Shown one piece after another: positions 1-9,773 of a stretch of DNA of 64,000 nt (the stretch's first letter is position 1; every line of letters starts with the position of its first letter). The position numbers and the translations under genes were made by a program. Below the pieces are notes generated by a model. It had not been told where the DNA came from, searched no databases, and was given only the letters and a program-made list of their open reading frames with translations. The stretch is from an uncultured Arenicellaceae bacterium (GTDB taxonomy: Bacteria; Pseudomonadota; Gammaproteobacteria; Arenicellales; Arenicellaceae): contig CALSLL010000001.1 in the NCBI GenBank assembly GCA_943787185.1, forward strand, positions 618,814 to 682,813. The letters are read 5' to 3'.

Positions 1-1688
1 CCTAACGACCGTTCAATAAGCTCATCAAGTCCACCGCGCCCGGATTTTAGTGCCCCAACATACGCATCAATCGCACCGACTACGACTGCCAAAGCTTCCA
101 ATACCGGAGTTGTTGGCGCTAACTTCCTTGCAAATATAGCCCGAGCAGAATCTGCAGCTCTAGTAAGCAAAAGTGAAGCGCGTTGTTCTCCCAAAATCTG
201 AAGCACTCCGCGAACATGATCGAATTTTGACGCTATATCACTAAGAATATTTAGGCTTACTGGATCCTTGGAAAAGCTTTCCAAATCCCGCTCTAACTCG
301 CTCAGGGTTTGATCAACCGCTTGACTGACGACATCTAACAGCTGGACTCTCTCTAGCGCACTTACCTCATCTTTACCAACATGGCCTAGTTCTCGACCAT
401 CGACCAGACCTTTAAACTGACTGGTCTTAGCCGCTGCTCGCTTCTCCCATTCTTCATCAGGGACGACCCGCCCTGAAAGCGCTTGCTCGAGAAAAAGAAG
501 CGCAGCCGCCAAATGTAGCGCTAAGGTTTCCGAGGAGTCCAGTTTACCCTCACGTACGCGGGCAAGCACCATCCCAACCGATTTGGATAATTCTGACAAA
601 GGCTTTACTTTCAAAGCTTTGGCAGAATCGGATAATTTTTGAATCATTGGAAGCAAGCTGTCTAATAATTCACCTTCAATGCCATCACCATCGAAGTACC
701 TTGTCATTAGCTGCTGAATACTGGCAACTTCAACTACAACTGACTTTTCCAGCTCGATCAAAGTTTCGCGATCGTATAGCTGATCTTCCGAACCTGCAGA
801 ATCCAAAGGTTCATTAAAAAACTGCTCCAACAAATAAAAACTGCTTACTTTGTTCGCTAGTGATGTCTTAGGTTCAACTCGACCAATTTCAAACAGCATG
901 CTTTTTAATAGGTCAATTTCCGGGTCCCGCAACATGGCACTTTCGCCGTGTTGCCCAAGCTCTCTAAGTAGGTCATCCAATCGTCTTAGTATTATGCGAT
1001 GCTGGTGTTCGACTACGCCCTCTGAGGCAATCAATATCTCCAGATATGCGCAAGCCACCCACCACATTCTAGTGGCATAAGAAAACCGGGATATAGAAAG
1101 TACAAATTCTGCGACTGAAAGCGCAGGGGTCAGGACTTGAATGTCGCCTCCCTTCAACCACGCTAACAACGATTTTTGAAAAGTTAGTCGTTGATTCTTT
1201 ATCGCTGCAATGTAATCTTCTTCAGACAACGCTTCGCCAGCCGGTAATTCGGGAAGGGCATCCAAAACAGGCAAAAAGAACTCGCTTCCATAAAATTCTG
1301 GTTCGCCTCGAAGTTCGCGTAAATTATTAATTACCGCCAATCGATAAGCTGGGAGTTCTGGCCTACCAATAGTCACTCGATCCAATGCGAGCCCTATTTC
1401 CTTGATACCTTCACTTAGGACATCAGACAACTTAGCCTGATCGATCTCGAGTTCTTTTTCCGTCGCTACCTGCTCAAGTTCTTGAACGAACCGTCCAACG
1501 GCATCCAGCTGCACCATTTGCAGCGTTCCGCCAATTTGGTGCAAAAAATTAGCGGTATTGTGAAGTGCGACATTATCGCCAGTAATTTTATACCCTTGAA
1601 GCTCCCTAAGGGCATCCTTCATAGTTGACCGAACTTCTTCAGCGACCCATTCTAGGGTCGCCAAATCAACGTCTGGCCGAAAACTCAT
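1..1688 (-). CDS. chpA: ChpA/PilL-type hybrid histidine kinase of the Pil-Chp chemosensory system, N-terminal Hpt-rich part only (3' end runs off the left edge)
   Basis: Absent from the ORF track because it has no stop in the window. My translation from ATG 1688..1686 gives MSFRPDVDLATLEWVAEEVRSTMKDALRELQGYKITGDNVALHNTANFLHQIGGTLQMVQLDAVGRFVQELEQ..., a typical Hpt helix-bundle start. No complete minus-strand ORF is listed in 1..1688, so the frame stays open to position 1. It lies directly downstream of pilGHIJ. Confidence 0.8.
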   Translation of the reverse strand, partial: MSFRPDVDLATLEWVAEEVRSTMKDALRELQGYKITGDNVALHNTANFLHQIGGTLQMVQLDAVGRFVQELEQVATEKELEIDQAKLSDVLSEGIKEIGLALDRVTIGRPELPAYRLAVINNLRELRGEPEFYGSEFFLPVLDALPELPAGEALSEEDYIAAIKNQRLTFQKSLLAWLKGGDIQVLTPALSVAEFVLSISRFSYATRMWWVACAYLEILIASEGVVEHQHRIILRRLDDLLRELGQHGESAMLRDPEIDLLKSMLFEIGRVEPKTSLANKVSSFYLLEQFFNEPLDSAGSEDQLYDRETLIELEKSVVVEVASIQQLMTRYFDGDGIEGELLDSLLPMIQKLSDSAKALKVKPLSELSKSVGMVLARVREGKLDSSETLALHLAAALLFLEQALSGRVVPDEEWEKRAAAKTSQFKGLVDGRELGHVGKDEVSALERVQLLDVVSQAVDQTLSELERDLESFSKDPVSLNILSDIASKFDHVRGVLQILGEQRASLLLTRAADSARAIFARKLAPTTPVLEALAVVVGAIDAYVGALKSGRGGLDELIERSL

Positions 1689-1718
1689 ATACTCTGCTTA
1701 TCCTGGCGGATGCAGCAA

Positions 1719-3812
1719 TTACTCAGACTCACGCTGAGAGGGTAATTTGAAACCGGAAACAGAAGTCGCTAATTGTTCTCCCAGACTTCTCAATCTACCG
1801 ACTTCCTTGGCGGCCTCAATTGCTCGCATAGCGCTACTTTCCGATTGATCTTTGATGTCAACCGCCTCACTAGACAACCGCCTAATTCCTGCTGCTTGAC
1901 TTGATGCCTGATTCGCGATCGATGCGACCAATTTTGATACTTGAACCGAGGAGCTTTGAATTCTGTCAAGCGCCTGACCAGCCTCATCGGTCATTTTGGC
2001 ACCTGCCACTACTTCTCCGGTCGCCAGTTCCATTGCGTGAATTGCGTTCTTGGTATCCTTTTGAATGCGATTGACCAGTTCAGCAATACTTCTAGCCGCA
2101 TCCGCGCATCTCTCCGCTAAAGATTGCACTTCGTCTGCTACTCCAGCAAAACCAACAGAATGTGTAGATGCTCCAACTGCCGCCTTTATCGATGCATTTA
2201 ACGACAATATATTAGTTTGTTCCGCTAAGTCCTCGATTGTAACCACCATTTCACCAATCTGTTGCGAACTCTCACCCAGTCGCTTAATTCTCTTAGACGT
2301 TTCCTGAATTCGCCCACGAATACTGTTCATACCAGCGATTGATTTAGCAACTACATCGGTACCCGTTTGAGCGACATCCATAGTATTGCTGGCAACCGAA
2401 TTTGATTGCTGTGCCGACTCCGCAAACTGCTCAATGCTCTGCGCTACCATATTTAATTCTGATGCCATCTGGGCAATCATCCCCGAATGACGCTGATTGG
2501 TAACGGCCAAATCCTCACTATGTTCAACTGCATTTTCAGCTTCGCTACCAAGCTGATCTGCGGCCGATTGAATTTGACCAACCAAACCTCGCATTTCATA
2601 GACCGCATAGTTGACGGAATCAGCAATCGCTCCAGTTATTTGGTCTGTCACCTCCGCCTCAATAGTCAGATCACCATCAGCCAAAGCGGCGATTTCATCT
2701 AGCAACTTCAATATCGACTCTTGGTGCTCTTGTGCTTCGAATCCCGCTCTAGCCTGATTTCTCGCCCTACTTGCGCTGGCCCGAGCATCAGCCGATACCT
2801 GTAAATGTGATCGCAGCAATGCTAAAGCCCCAATAATCGCTAGTACCCACGGTATCCAGCCAAGCCATCGCGCGAGCGTTACATTATCTAACGCCGTAAC
2901 CGCAGAGGCTCGCAAACTAGCTGCATGCCCATTCACATCATTCAGCGAGTCTCTAGCCTCTAAAAACTCTGGGGCACGCTCTTCAATTTGCCTCGTAAGC
3001 ATAGAAAATTCTCCGTACGCATCGCCCAATACTTCGAAATCTTCAGGCATACGAGAAGCATATTCCGCGCTTAAATTCGCCAGGGTAATCTCAAAAAACT
3101 GGACCCCCTTCACAATCTGCTCCAACGCATCTCCAGTGCGTTCCCCGCCACTTACAACCAACATCACCTCTTTTATTAGCTTCTGTGTTATAGCTCTAAG
3201 GTCTGCAGCTGCATCCAATAGCGCAAAATCACCGCCCTGTACTCCAATCTTTCCAGCCACTTCATCAACACTAGCAATCAACACGGGCCCAATAATATCT
3301 ATCGAACTCGCCCCGTCGTATATTCCCGTAATCGCTTGCTGCGCATTACTTATATTTGCTAACGAGCCGTCAAGTAGTCTCCAACGTCGGTCAATGTCTC
3401 CATCGTCGAGACCAGTCACTGTGGCAATCCCATCGTCGATAATGTTGGACCAACTTAATTCACGAGCTAAAGTAGCAATTTGACTACGCGCCTGCGTTAT
3501 ATTGGCAAAACTATCGACGTCGCCCAACATTGCGTTTTGCGCATTTAATTGAAGGTCACCTGAAACGACCAACATTTCTTGAATCACCAGGCCCGCTTTT
3601 CCAGTTACGTCAGCGCTTCGCCAAGCAAGTAATTGAAACAGAGTAGCAACGATCAATAGGAATAAACCAAAATTCAACCATTTCCGTCCGATCGCATTAG
3701 ACGGTTTTGGCGGAGCATCCAATTCGAGTTGCTGCGTAGAATTGCTCGCAACGTCTTGAGCACCAGTCTTTTCGGAAGAAGTCATTTTATTTTGATCAGT
3801 ATCTATACTCAT
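1719..3812 (-). CDS. pilJ: Methyl-accepting chemotaxis protein PilJ (type IV pilus chemosensory receptor)
   Basis: 697-aa ORF with an N-terminal TM (WLNFGLFLLIVATLFQLLAW), a large periplasmic domain, a second TM, and a C-terminal MCP signalling domain with the conserved hairpin (LAEQTNILSLNASIKAA). It sits between pilI and chpA. Confidence 0.9.
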   Translation of the reverse strand: MSIDTDQNKMTSSEKTGAQDVASNSTQQLELDAPPKPSNAIGRKWLNFGLFLLIVATLFQLLAWRSADVTGKAGLVIQEMLVVSGDLQLNAQNAMLGDVDSFANITQARSQIATLARELSWSNIIDDGIATVTGLDDGDIDRRWRLLDGSLANISNAQQAITGIYDGASSIDIIGPVLIASVDEVAGKIGVQGGDFALLDAAADLRAITQKLIKEVMLVVSGGERTGDALEQIVKGVQFFEITLANLSAEYASRMPEDFEVLGDAYGEFSMLTRQIEERAPEFLEARDSLNDVNGHAASLRASAVTALDNVTLARWLGWIPWVLAIIGALALLRSHLQVSADARASASRARNQARAGFEAQEHQESILKLLDEIAALADGDLTIEAEVTDQITGAIADSVNYAVYEMRGLVGQIQSAADQLGSEAENAVEHSEDLAVTNQRHSGMIAQMASELNMVAQSIEQFAESAQQSNSVASNTMDVAQTGTDVVAKSIAGMNSIRGRIQETSKRIKRLGESSQQIGEMVVTIEDLAEQTNILSLNASIKAAVGASTHSVGFAGVADEVQSLAERCADAARSIAELVNRIQKDTKNAIHAMELATGEVVAGAKMTDEAGQALDRIQSSSVQVSKLVASIANQASSQAAGIRRLSSEAVDIKDQSESSAMRAIEAAKEVGRLRSLGEQLATSVSGFKLPSQRESE

Positions 3813-3846
3813 TCGTTGAATTCATCCAGAAATATCACCAATCGGT

Positions 3847-4386
3847 TCACTGAACTTCGTGGAATCGCGCAGAACTTGTAATGGCGGAAATATCCAACAG
3901 GTTCCATATCTGTTCTCCGTCAACGTAAGTCTGTCCAGAATAGCTGGATAGCCCGCTCGGTAGATCTTCAGTTGAGGCAACGAGATCAATATCAGCAAAA
4001 CTTCGCAGACCAACCACACTATCAACCCAAAATGAAACTTGCAACGAAGAGTCTGCCAATACTAATAGTTGCCCGGCACCTTCCGCAATAGGGCCTCCCA
4101 ACTCTAGAAAAAGGGCCAAATCAACAACGGAAAGGTTTCTCCCATGCCGGTTAATAACTCCTCGTAGCCAGGGCTTAGTTTTAGGCAAAACTAACATTGC
4201 TGCGGGGTCTGCAACACTATCGATTTGATTCATTTCACAACAAAGAGAGTATTTAGCAACTTCAAATGCGAGCACCTTGGGCGCATCAGAAGATGCTGAT
4301 TCACCATGCTGATCTTGGACATAAAGCTGCTGCAAACCAAGTAGAAGTTCTACCGGCTTACGCGATAATATGGAGGCGCTCGCCAT
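3847..4386 (-). CDS. pilI: CheW-like coupling protein PilI
   Basis: CheW-domain-like sequence following pilH. The preferred start is ATG 4386 (MASASILSRKPVELL..., 179 aa, close to the PilI size I recall) rather than the TTG at 4428 used in the ORF track. Confidence 0.8.
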   Translation of the reverse strand: MASASILSRKPVELLLGLQQLYVQDQHGESASSDAPKVLAFEVAKYSLCCEMNQIDSVADPAAMLVLPKTKPWLRGVINRHGRNLSVVDLALFLELGGPIAEGAGQLLVLADSSLQVSFWVDSVVGLRSFADIDLVASTEDLPSGLSSYSGQTYVDGEQIWNLLDISAITSSARFHEVQ

Positions 4387-4429
4387 CACTCGGTTAACCC
4401 AACAATTGTCGACGTTAACGTGCAGCAAA

Positions 4430-4473
4430 AAAACGATTCATATGTCTCATCAAAACGATTCATGTGTCTCACC
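4430..4473. repeat. Two tandem copies of a 22-bp unit in the pilH-pilI spacer
   Basis: aaaacgattcatAtgtctcaTc (4430..4451) is followed directly by aaaacgattcatGtgtctcaCc (4452..4473), 20/22 identical. Confidence 0.85.
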
Positions 4474-4508
4474 CCTGGTACGATCATCTTTAGCCAATAA
4501 AGACTCAC

Positions 4509-4871
4509 CTAGAGCTCCTCTAGCTTACTTATTAGATCGCTCTCGCTAACCGGTTTAACCAGATACCCTTTAGCGCCTTGGCGTTCACCCCAAATCTTAT
4601 CGGTCTGCTGGCCTTTGGAAGACAAAATAATTACCGGTATATCCTTAGTCGCAGGATCTTTTGCAAGTGCGCGGGTGGCTTGAAACCCGTTAATTCCGGG
4701 CATGACCACATCCATCAATATGCAATCGGGTGATTCACGCTTAGCCTTTTCAATTGCTTCTTCACCGTTACCTGCAGTGACTATGTCAAAGTTTTGGCTA
4801 TCTAATATACGTATCACTACCAACTGATCGGTCGGCGAATCGTCTACCAGCAACACTTTCTTTACACGCAT
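4509..4871 (-). CDS. pilH: CheY-like single-domain response regulator PilH
   Basis: 120-aa receiver domain (VLLVDDSPTD..., ILMDVVMPGINGF, ILSSKG, YLVKP) located after pilG. Confidence 0.9.
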   Translation of the reverse strand: MRVKKVLLVDDSPTDQLVVIRILDSQNFDIVTAGNGEEAIEKAKRESPDCILMDVVMPGINGFQATRALAKDPATKDIPVIILSSKGQQTDKIWGERQGAKGYLVKPVSESDLISKLEEL

Positions 4872-4908
4872 GATAGATTCCTTCTGGATTGTTTAATCAA
4901 CATAATTT

Positions 4909-5298
4909 TCATTGGCTAGGGTCAACGACTTTCACGTACCGATCGATGGCTTGCAATAACTCTTGCTTACTAAAAGGTTTGTTTATGTGTTGCTCAGAAC
5001 CAGCAACTCGCCCACGAGCGCGATCAAAAAGACCATCTTTGCTCGAAAGCATCACCACCGGTGTATTTTTAAAAAATCGATTATTTTTTATCAATTTACA
5101 GGTCTGATACCCGTCAATACGCGGCATCATAATGTCAACGAATATTATGTCGGGGCGACGATCTGTGATAACAGACATTGCCTCGAAACCGTCAGATGCA
5201 GTGAAGACTTCAAAGCCTTCTTGTTTGAGTATTACTTCAGCGGACTTTCTGATGGTATTACTATCATCTATAACCATGACTTTAACCGACAATCTCAA
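4909..5298 (-). CDS. pilG: CheY-like single-domain response regulator PilG
   Basis: Receiver domain with VKVMVIDDSNTIRKSAE, IFVDIMMPRIDGYQTCKLIKNN, VMLSSKDGLFDRARGR and NKPFSKQELL, very close to the PilG I remember. A GGAGG lies at 5308..5312. The exact start is uncertain (TTG 5298, TTG 5292 or ATG 5277). Confidence 0.9.
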   Translation of the reverse strand: MRLSVKVMVIDDSNTIRKSAEVILKQEGFEVFTASDGFEAMSVITDRRPDIIFVDIMMPRIDGYQTCKLIKNNRFFKNTPVVMLSSKDGLFDRARGRVAGSEQHINKPFSKQELLQAIDRYVKVVDPSQ

Positions 5299-5460
5299 AC
5301 CTCCAAAACTATGATAGAACTGCGGTTTTTACCGCAAAATAGGACATATTTACAGCTACAGAGGATACCTGTTAACCCTTCCAAGTGACAAACAATTGGC
5401 TAACGCAATATCAACATTTAATAAGCGTAGCGATAAACCCGCAAACGACAAAGAACCAGC

Positions 5461-6045
5461 TCAACGATCAATAAGCCGCATATAAATACTTAATGCCTTT
5501 CCTCGCAGTGACGTTAGCCGCAATGCAGCATACCTGGCCTCCACCGGCACAAATTCACCAGATGAATATCGGGGTTGTAAATCGCCCACCACAATAGCGC
5601 CCGCAGAATACTCCCACACGCTACAATCAGCCAGTGCATCGCCAGCGTAAACAAATTTACGCTCTCCAAACAATGCACACAACTCAAGCGCCTTAGCTGG
5701 TCCTTTAATATTTTTACCGCCGGTACTCGCTATTACGCGATCAAATATACCCAAATCAGCTGCTACGCGCTGAGCTATTGAATTATCTGCCGCCGTGGCC
5801 AAGCACATGGGCCTCCCAACCCTCCGCTGCTCTCGCAAATAGTGTATCAGCGGTTGATTCCAATCCAAACTAGTCAAATCAAGCTGTACACGACTGAATA
5901 CATATTGCTTAAAACGAGCCCGATTACCAAGCAAACGCAAGCTACTAATAAACTGTAACGGACGAGTGCGTAATAGCAACAAAAGACTCTCGAAAAGCGT
6001 GTCGGTATGGCATAAGGTTCCGTCAAGATCTACCGCGAGCGGCAT
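5461..6045 (-). CDS. HAD-superfamily (subfamily IB-like) hydrolase
   Basis: N-terminal DxDxT motif (AVDLDGTLCHTDT), a later GD-containing motif (YAGDALAD), 194 aa. Confidence 0.6.
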   Translation of the reverse strand: MPLAVDLDGTLCHTDTLFESLLLLLRTRPLQFISSLRLLGNRARFKQYVFSRVQLDLTSLDWNQPLIHYLREQRRVGRPMCLATAADNSIAQRVAADLGIFDRVIASTGGKNIKGPAKALELCALFGERKFVYAGDALADCSVWEYSAGAIVVGDLQPRYSSGEFVPVEARYAALRLTSLRGKALSIYMRLIDR

Positions 6046-6265
6046 TAATTAAAGATTAGTTTCAGTTTCCTTAACCAAAATTTTCTATGCCCCTATTCCC
6101 GGGTAGATGATCGATGATTAATTGTATAATGGTCGTCTTTTCAACACAGATATTGATGAGGCGCTCTCCATATTCTGAAGATCAGCAATAATCAAAACCT
6201 ATTAACGATAGACTAGTACGAATAGATAGTAGAATTAAACATGAACTTAAACTATAGGTTTATTT

Positions 6266-7216
6266 ATGAGTATTAATATTGGTGTGATTATGGACCCGAT
6301 ATCGTCCACCAATTACAAAAAAGACAGCACTCTAGAAATGCTGTGGCGCGCTACAGATCGCGAATGGTCAATTCAGTACATGGAAATGGGGGACTTATAT
6401 CTCGCTGATGGTCATCCCCGCGCATCCATGCGACCGCTTACCGTCGAAAGAGACCCTCAGAATTTTTATAACCTCGGCACTCCAAGCGACCAATCATTGG
6501 CTTCGCTAGACGTTATTCTAATGCGCAAAGACCCGCCTTTCGATCTGGAATATATATACGTTACCTATATGCTTGAACGAGCTGAGGAAGAGAATGTACT
6601 TATCATCAATAAGCCCGCCTCTCTGCGGGACTGTAATGAAAAAGTGTTTACCGCATGGTTTCCGGAACTAACTCCCCCAACCCTAATCTCACGCAATAGC
6701 GAGCAGATTAAGTCCTTTATAGACGAACATAGGGACACCATTATTAAGCCTCTGGATGGGATGGGCGGCGCTTCAATTTTCCGGCTCGCAGCGAAAGATC
6801 CAAACATAAATGTTGTGTTGGAACACATGACGGCACACAACACCCGCTTCACCATGGTACAAACATTTCTTCCAGAGATAGTAGAAGGTGACAAGCGCAT
6901 ATTAATGATCAATGGCAAACCAGCTGATTTTGTCCTAGCCCGTATTCCAAAAAAGGGGGAAACTCGAGGGAATCTCGCCGCTGGTGGTTCTGGGGTAGGA
7001 CAAAAAATTAGTGACTCAGATCGAGCTATTGCCAGCATTGTGGGGCCTGAACTAGCAAAGCGTGGGATTATTTTCGCCGGATTGGATGTTATCGGTGATC
7101 GAATTACGGAAATAAATGTAACCAGCCCTACATGCATCCGTGAGCTTAATGATCAATTTGGTTGCGATATTGCCGGCGATCTACTCGACGAAATTGAAAG
7201 GTTAATAAACGCATAA
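6266..7216 (+). CDS. gshB: Glutathione synthetase
   Basis: Blocks shared with E. coli GshB: VIMDPI...KKDS, YMEMGDLYL, LDVILMRKDPPFD, LRDCNEKVFTAWF, IIKPLDGMGGASIFR, GETRGNLAAGG and EINVTSPTCIRE. 316 aa. Confidence 0.95.
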   Translation: MSINIGVIMDPISSTNYKKDSTLEMLWRATDREWSIQYMEMGDLYLADGHPRASMRPLTVERDPQNFYNLGTPSDQSLASLDVILMRKDPPFDLEYIYVTYMLERAEEENVLIINKPASLRDCNEKVFTAWFPELTPPTLISRNSEQIKSFIDEHRDTIIKPLDGMGGASIFRLAAKDPNINVVLEHMTAHNTRFTMVQTFLPEIVEGDKRILMINGKPADFVLARIPKKGETRGNLAAGGSGVGQKISDSDRAIASIVGPELAKRGIIFAGLDVIGDRITEINVTSPTCIRELNDQFGCDIAGDLLDEIERLINA

Positions 7217-7223
7217 AGTAAGA

Positions 7224-8123
7224 GTGAAGGCCATCGAGTTACAAATTGACACCCATAACACCGAACGGTTAGGTGTTACCGCGTTTATTTCATTAGTTGC
7301 TCATATCGTCGTAATACTTGGAGTTGGCTTCACACTTCCAAAAATCGCATCTCAACCTGAATTAAGCAACACACTCGAGATCCTTCTCGTGAATGCCCCC
7401 AACTACCAAGAAGCTGAAGATGCTGACTTCATCGCGCAACACGATAGCCTTGGAGGAGGAGACGCAGAAACGGTTGCCCAAAGCCCCCTGCCCTTCGAGC
7501 CAGACACACAAGATTCGGCTACTAGCTCAGCAAGCCCACAACAACAAAATGATAGTCCATCGCCTGACATTCAAACCATTGACGGTTTGCAGTTTAGCAC
7601 CCCATCAGAAAGTGTAGAAACCACCGCGCCTCCTTCCGTCGTCGAACCGACGGAAGAATCCCCTACTGATAATACGGCTGCTATCGCGACAGCAGAACGT
7701 CGGCGCCTAATTGCGCAAATCAGTCAACGTTGGCAGGAATACCAAAAAAAACCACGGCGCACATTCTTGTCGCCGAGCGTTAAATCAGACGCCGCCGCAA
7801 ATTACATGGCAATGTGGCGAGAACAAGTGGAAAGCGTCGGCAACGCAAATTATCCAGCTCAAGCGCGACAGCAACAGATATCAGCAGAACTCATTGTTGA
7901 TGTTGCAATTAACCCCGATGGCAGCATAAATGAAGTTAATTTGGTTAAACGCTCTGCTTACCCATTTTTGAACGACGCAGCTATTCGATTCATTGAATTA
8001 GCCAGCCCATTCGCAGCGTTCCCTGAAGAACTAAAAGCTACTAGCGACATTATCCATATCACTCGGTCATTTCACTTTCTCGAGGGCGAGCTAAATACCC
8101 GGGCTGTCGACCGAGCAAATTAA
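7224..8123 (+). CDS. tonB: TonB-family energy transducer (counterpart by position of Pseudomonas TonB3)
   Basis: N-terminal TM anchor (VTAFISLVAHIVVILGVGFTL), a Pro/Ser/Glu-rich spacer and a C-terminal TonB-type domain (AELIVDVAINPDGSINEVNLVKRSAYPFLNDAAIRFI). GTG start 7 nt after the gshB stop. Confidence 0.75.
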   Translation: MKAIELQIDTHNTERLGVTAFISLVAHIVVILGVGFTLPKIASQPELSNTLEILLVNAPNYQEAEDADFIAQHDSLGGGDAETVAQSPLPFEPDTQDSATSSASPQQQNDSPSPDIQTIDGLQFSTPSESVETTAPPSVVEPTEESPTDNTAAIATAERRRLIAQISQRWQEYQKKPRRTFLSPSVKSDAAANYMAMWREQVESVGNANYPAQARQQQISAELIVDVAINPDGSINEVNLVKRSAYPFLNDAAIRFIELASPFAAFPEELKATSDIIHITRSFHFLEGELNTRAVDRAN

Positions 8124-8143
8124 CAGTAAAGAACTTAAACTCA

Positions 8144-8728
8144 ATGGATCACTCCGATAATTCATTCTCACTTGCAGGACAATTACTAATAGCTAGTCCC
8201 GGCATGCAGGACCCGCATTTTAAACAAACGGTTACGCTAATTTGCGAACACGATACAAAAGGCGCCTTAGGTATAACCATCAATCGGCCATCTAAAGTAT
8301 CCCTGGCAGAAGTACTGACAGAATTAGGGATCTCTATTGACGACCCGGACAATCTTGAAATCTTGTCGCAAAGCCAAGTTCTGCATGGTGGCCCAGTACA
8401 TTCGAACCGAGGCCTAATTCTCCACTCCGCTGACAGTGCTTGGGAGTCTTCCATCAAAGTCTCTGACCAGCTAAGTCTTACCAGCTCCCGCGACATATTA
8501 GAATCCATTGGTATAGGCACTGCTCCCAGTGAGTATTTATTATTTCTTGGCTACGCAGGATGGGGGCCCGGCCAACTTGAGCAGGAGCTTATTGATAACT
8601 CCTGGCTACATGCTAACGCAACACAGCAGTTAATTTTTAGAACGAAACATGAGAATTGTTGGCGTGCAACAGCCGAATCTCTGGGAATAGATATTGATAA
8701 AATGTCAATTCATGCTGGCCATGCATAA
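8144..8728 (+). CDS. yqgE: YqgE/AlgH-family protein
   Basis: LAGQLLIASPGMQDPHFKQTVTLICEHDTKGALGITINRP is the family signature. 194 aa, followed by ruvX as in many Proteobacteria. Confidence 0.85.
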   Translation: MDHSDNSFSLAGQLLIASPGMQDPHFKQTVTLICEHDTKGALGITINRPSKVSLAEVLTELGISIDDPDNLEILSQSQVLHGGPVHSNRGLILHSADSAWESSIKVSDQLSLTSSRDILESIGIGTAPSEYLLFLGYAGWGPGQLEQELIDNSWLHANATQQLIFRTKHENCWRATAESLGIDIDKMSIHAGHA

Positions 8729-8791
8729 CATTATTAAAAACATCAGTTTATTGGATATATTTGCTCTAGCTAAGCGTTCGAGTCTTATCAC

Positions 8792-9244
8792 ATGAAGGGT
8801 ACGACCGTGCTGTGTTTCGATTTTGGTTTGAAACGGATTGGAATAGCGGTCGGACAAACGGCTACCAATAGTGGTCGACCTTTAACTACGATTAACGCAA
8901 ATTCCGGCATTGCGGATGCTGTCGCGTTAAAAAAAATACTAAACGAATGGCAGCCAGAACTTGCAATCATTGGTCAGGCATCTACAAGTGGCTCAAAAAA
9001 TCAGAGTAACAGACGCTTTAACAACGCCCGCGATGCGTTTATCGGCCAACTAACCTCACAGTACGATTTACAGGTCGAGATAATAGATGAAGCTTATACG
9101 ACATTAGCGGCGAACAATGCATTAGCCGAACAGGGCATCAAAGCGCATAATAGAACTGCTCTAAGAGACCAATATGCTGCACTCGAAATACTCAATACCT
9201 GGATGAACGAGCAGACAATTCAACAAACCAACAATCCTGATTAA
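8792..9244 (+). CDS. ruvX: Putative pre-16S rRNA nuclease / Holliday-junction-resolvase-like RuvX (YqgF)
   Basis: VLCFDFGLKRIGIAVGQ N-terminus and IIDEAYTT motif. 150 aa. Confidence 0.85.
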   Translation: MKGTTVLCFDFGLKRIGIAVGQTATNSGRPLTTINANSGIADAVALKKILNEWQPELAIIGQASTSGSKNQSNRRFNNARDAFIGQLTSQYDLQVEIIDEAYTTLAANNALAEQGIKAHNRTALRDQYAALEILNTWMNEQTIQQTNNPD

Positions 9245-9257
9245 TCACGAGCTACCT

Positions 9258-9773
9258 GTGTCCAATATACCTAGAATCCCAACGGTCGAATCGCTGCTAA
9301 CTAGTGTTGTCGACAGTTTACAAACAGATACGTATTCAGACGCCGTGCTAGTAGGTATACGTCGCGGTGGTGCCTGGATCGTTGATGAATTGCAGAAGAG
9401 ACTCGGGCGAGCTGAACCTCCAGGGTATATTGATATTAGTTTTTATCGCGACGATTTCGCAATGGTTGGGCTGCAACCTGAAGTAGGCGGCTCTGAACTA
9501 CCGTTTAGTCTTGACGATACGCATGTAATATTAGTTGATGATGTGATTCATACCGGACGTACAATTCGAGCCGCAATGAACGAATTATTCGACTCCGGAC
9601 GGCCAAAAAAAGTCAGTTTAGTCAGTTTAATCGAACGAGACGGCCACGAATTGCCGATTCGCGCAGATATTTGCCCTTTACGGCTTTCCTTAGCCCCTAA
9701 TGAACATGTAAAATTGCTCGGCCCCGAGCCGTTGGCCTTTGAAATAGTGAAACGAATTCGTGAGACAAAGTGA
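9258..9773 (+). CDS. pyrR: Bifunctional pyrimidine regulatory protein / uracil phosphoribosyltransferase PyrR
   Basis: PRTase motif [17 protein letters not shown], 171 aa, GTGA overlap with pyrB. Confidence 0.9.
   Translation: MSNIPRIPTVESLLTSVVDSLQTDTYSDAVLVGIRRGGAWIVDELQKRLGRAEPPGYIDISFYRDDFAMVGLQPEVGGSELPFSLDDTHVILVDDVIHTGRTIRAAMNELFDSGRPKKVSLVSLIERDGHELPIRADICPLRLSLAPNEHVKLLGPEPLAFEIVKRIRETK

Noticed and set aside
850-1080. 76-aa plus-strand ORF
   Set aside because: It lies entirely antisense within the chpA coding region. It has no SD or recognisable motif, so I treat it as a shadow ORF.
3136-3483. 115-aa plus-strand ORF (with the similar ORFs at 2065..2307 and 2487..2702)
   Set aside because: Antisense to pilJ. 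The Ser/Pro/Ala-rich translation is typical of the reverse frame of a real gene.
6565-7137. 190-aa minus-strand ORF
   Set aside because: Fully antisense to the well-supported gshB. No motifs. Shadow ORF.
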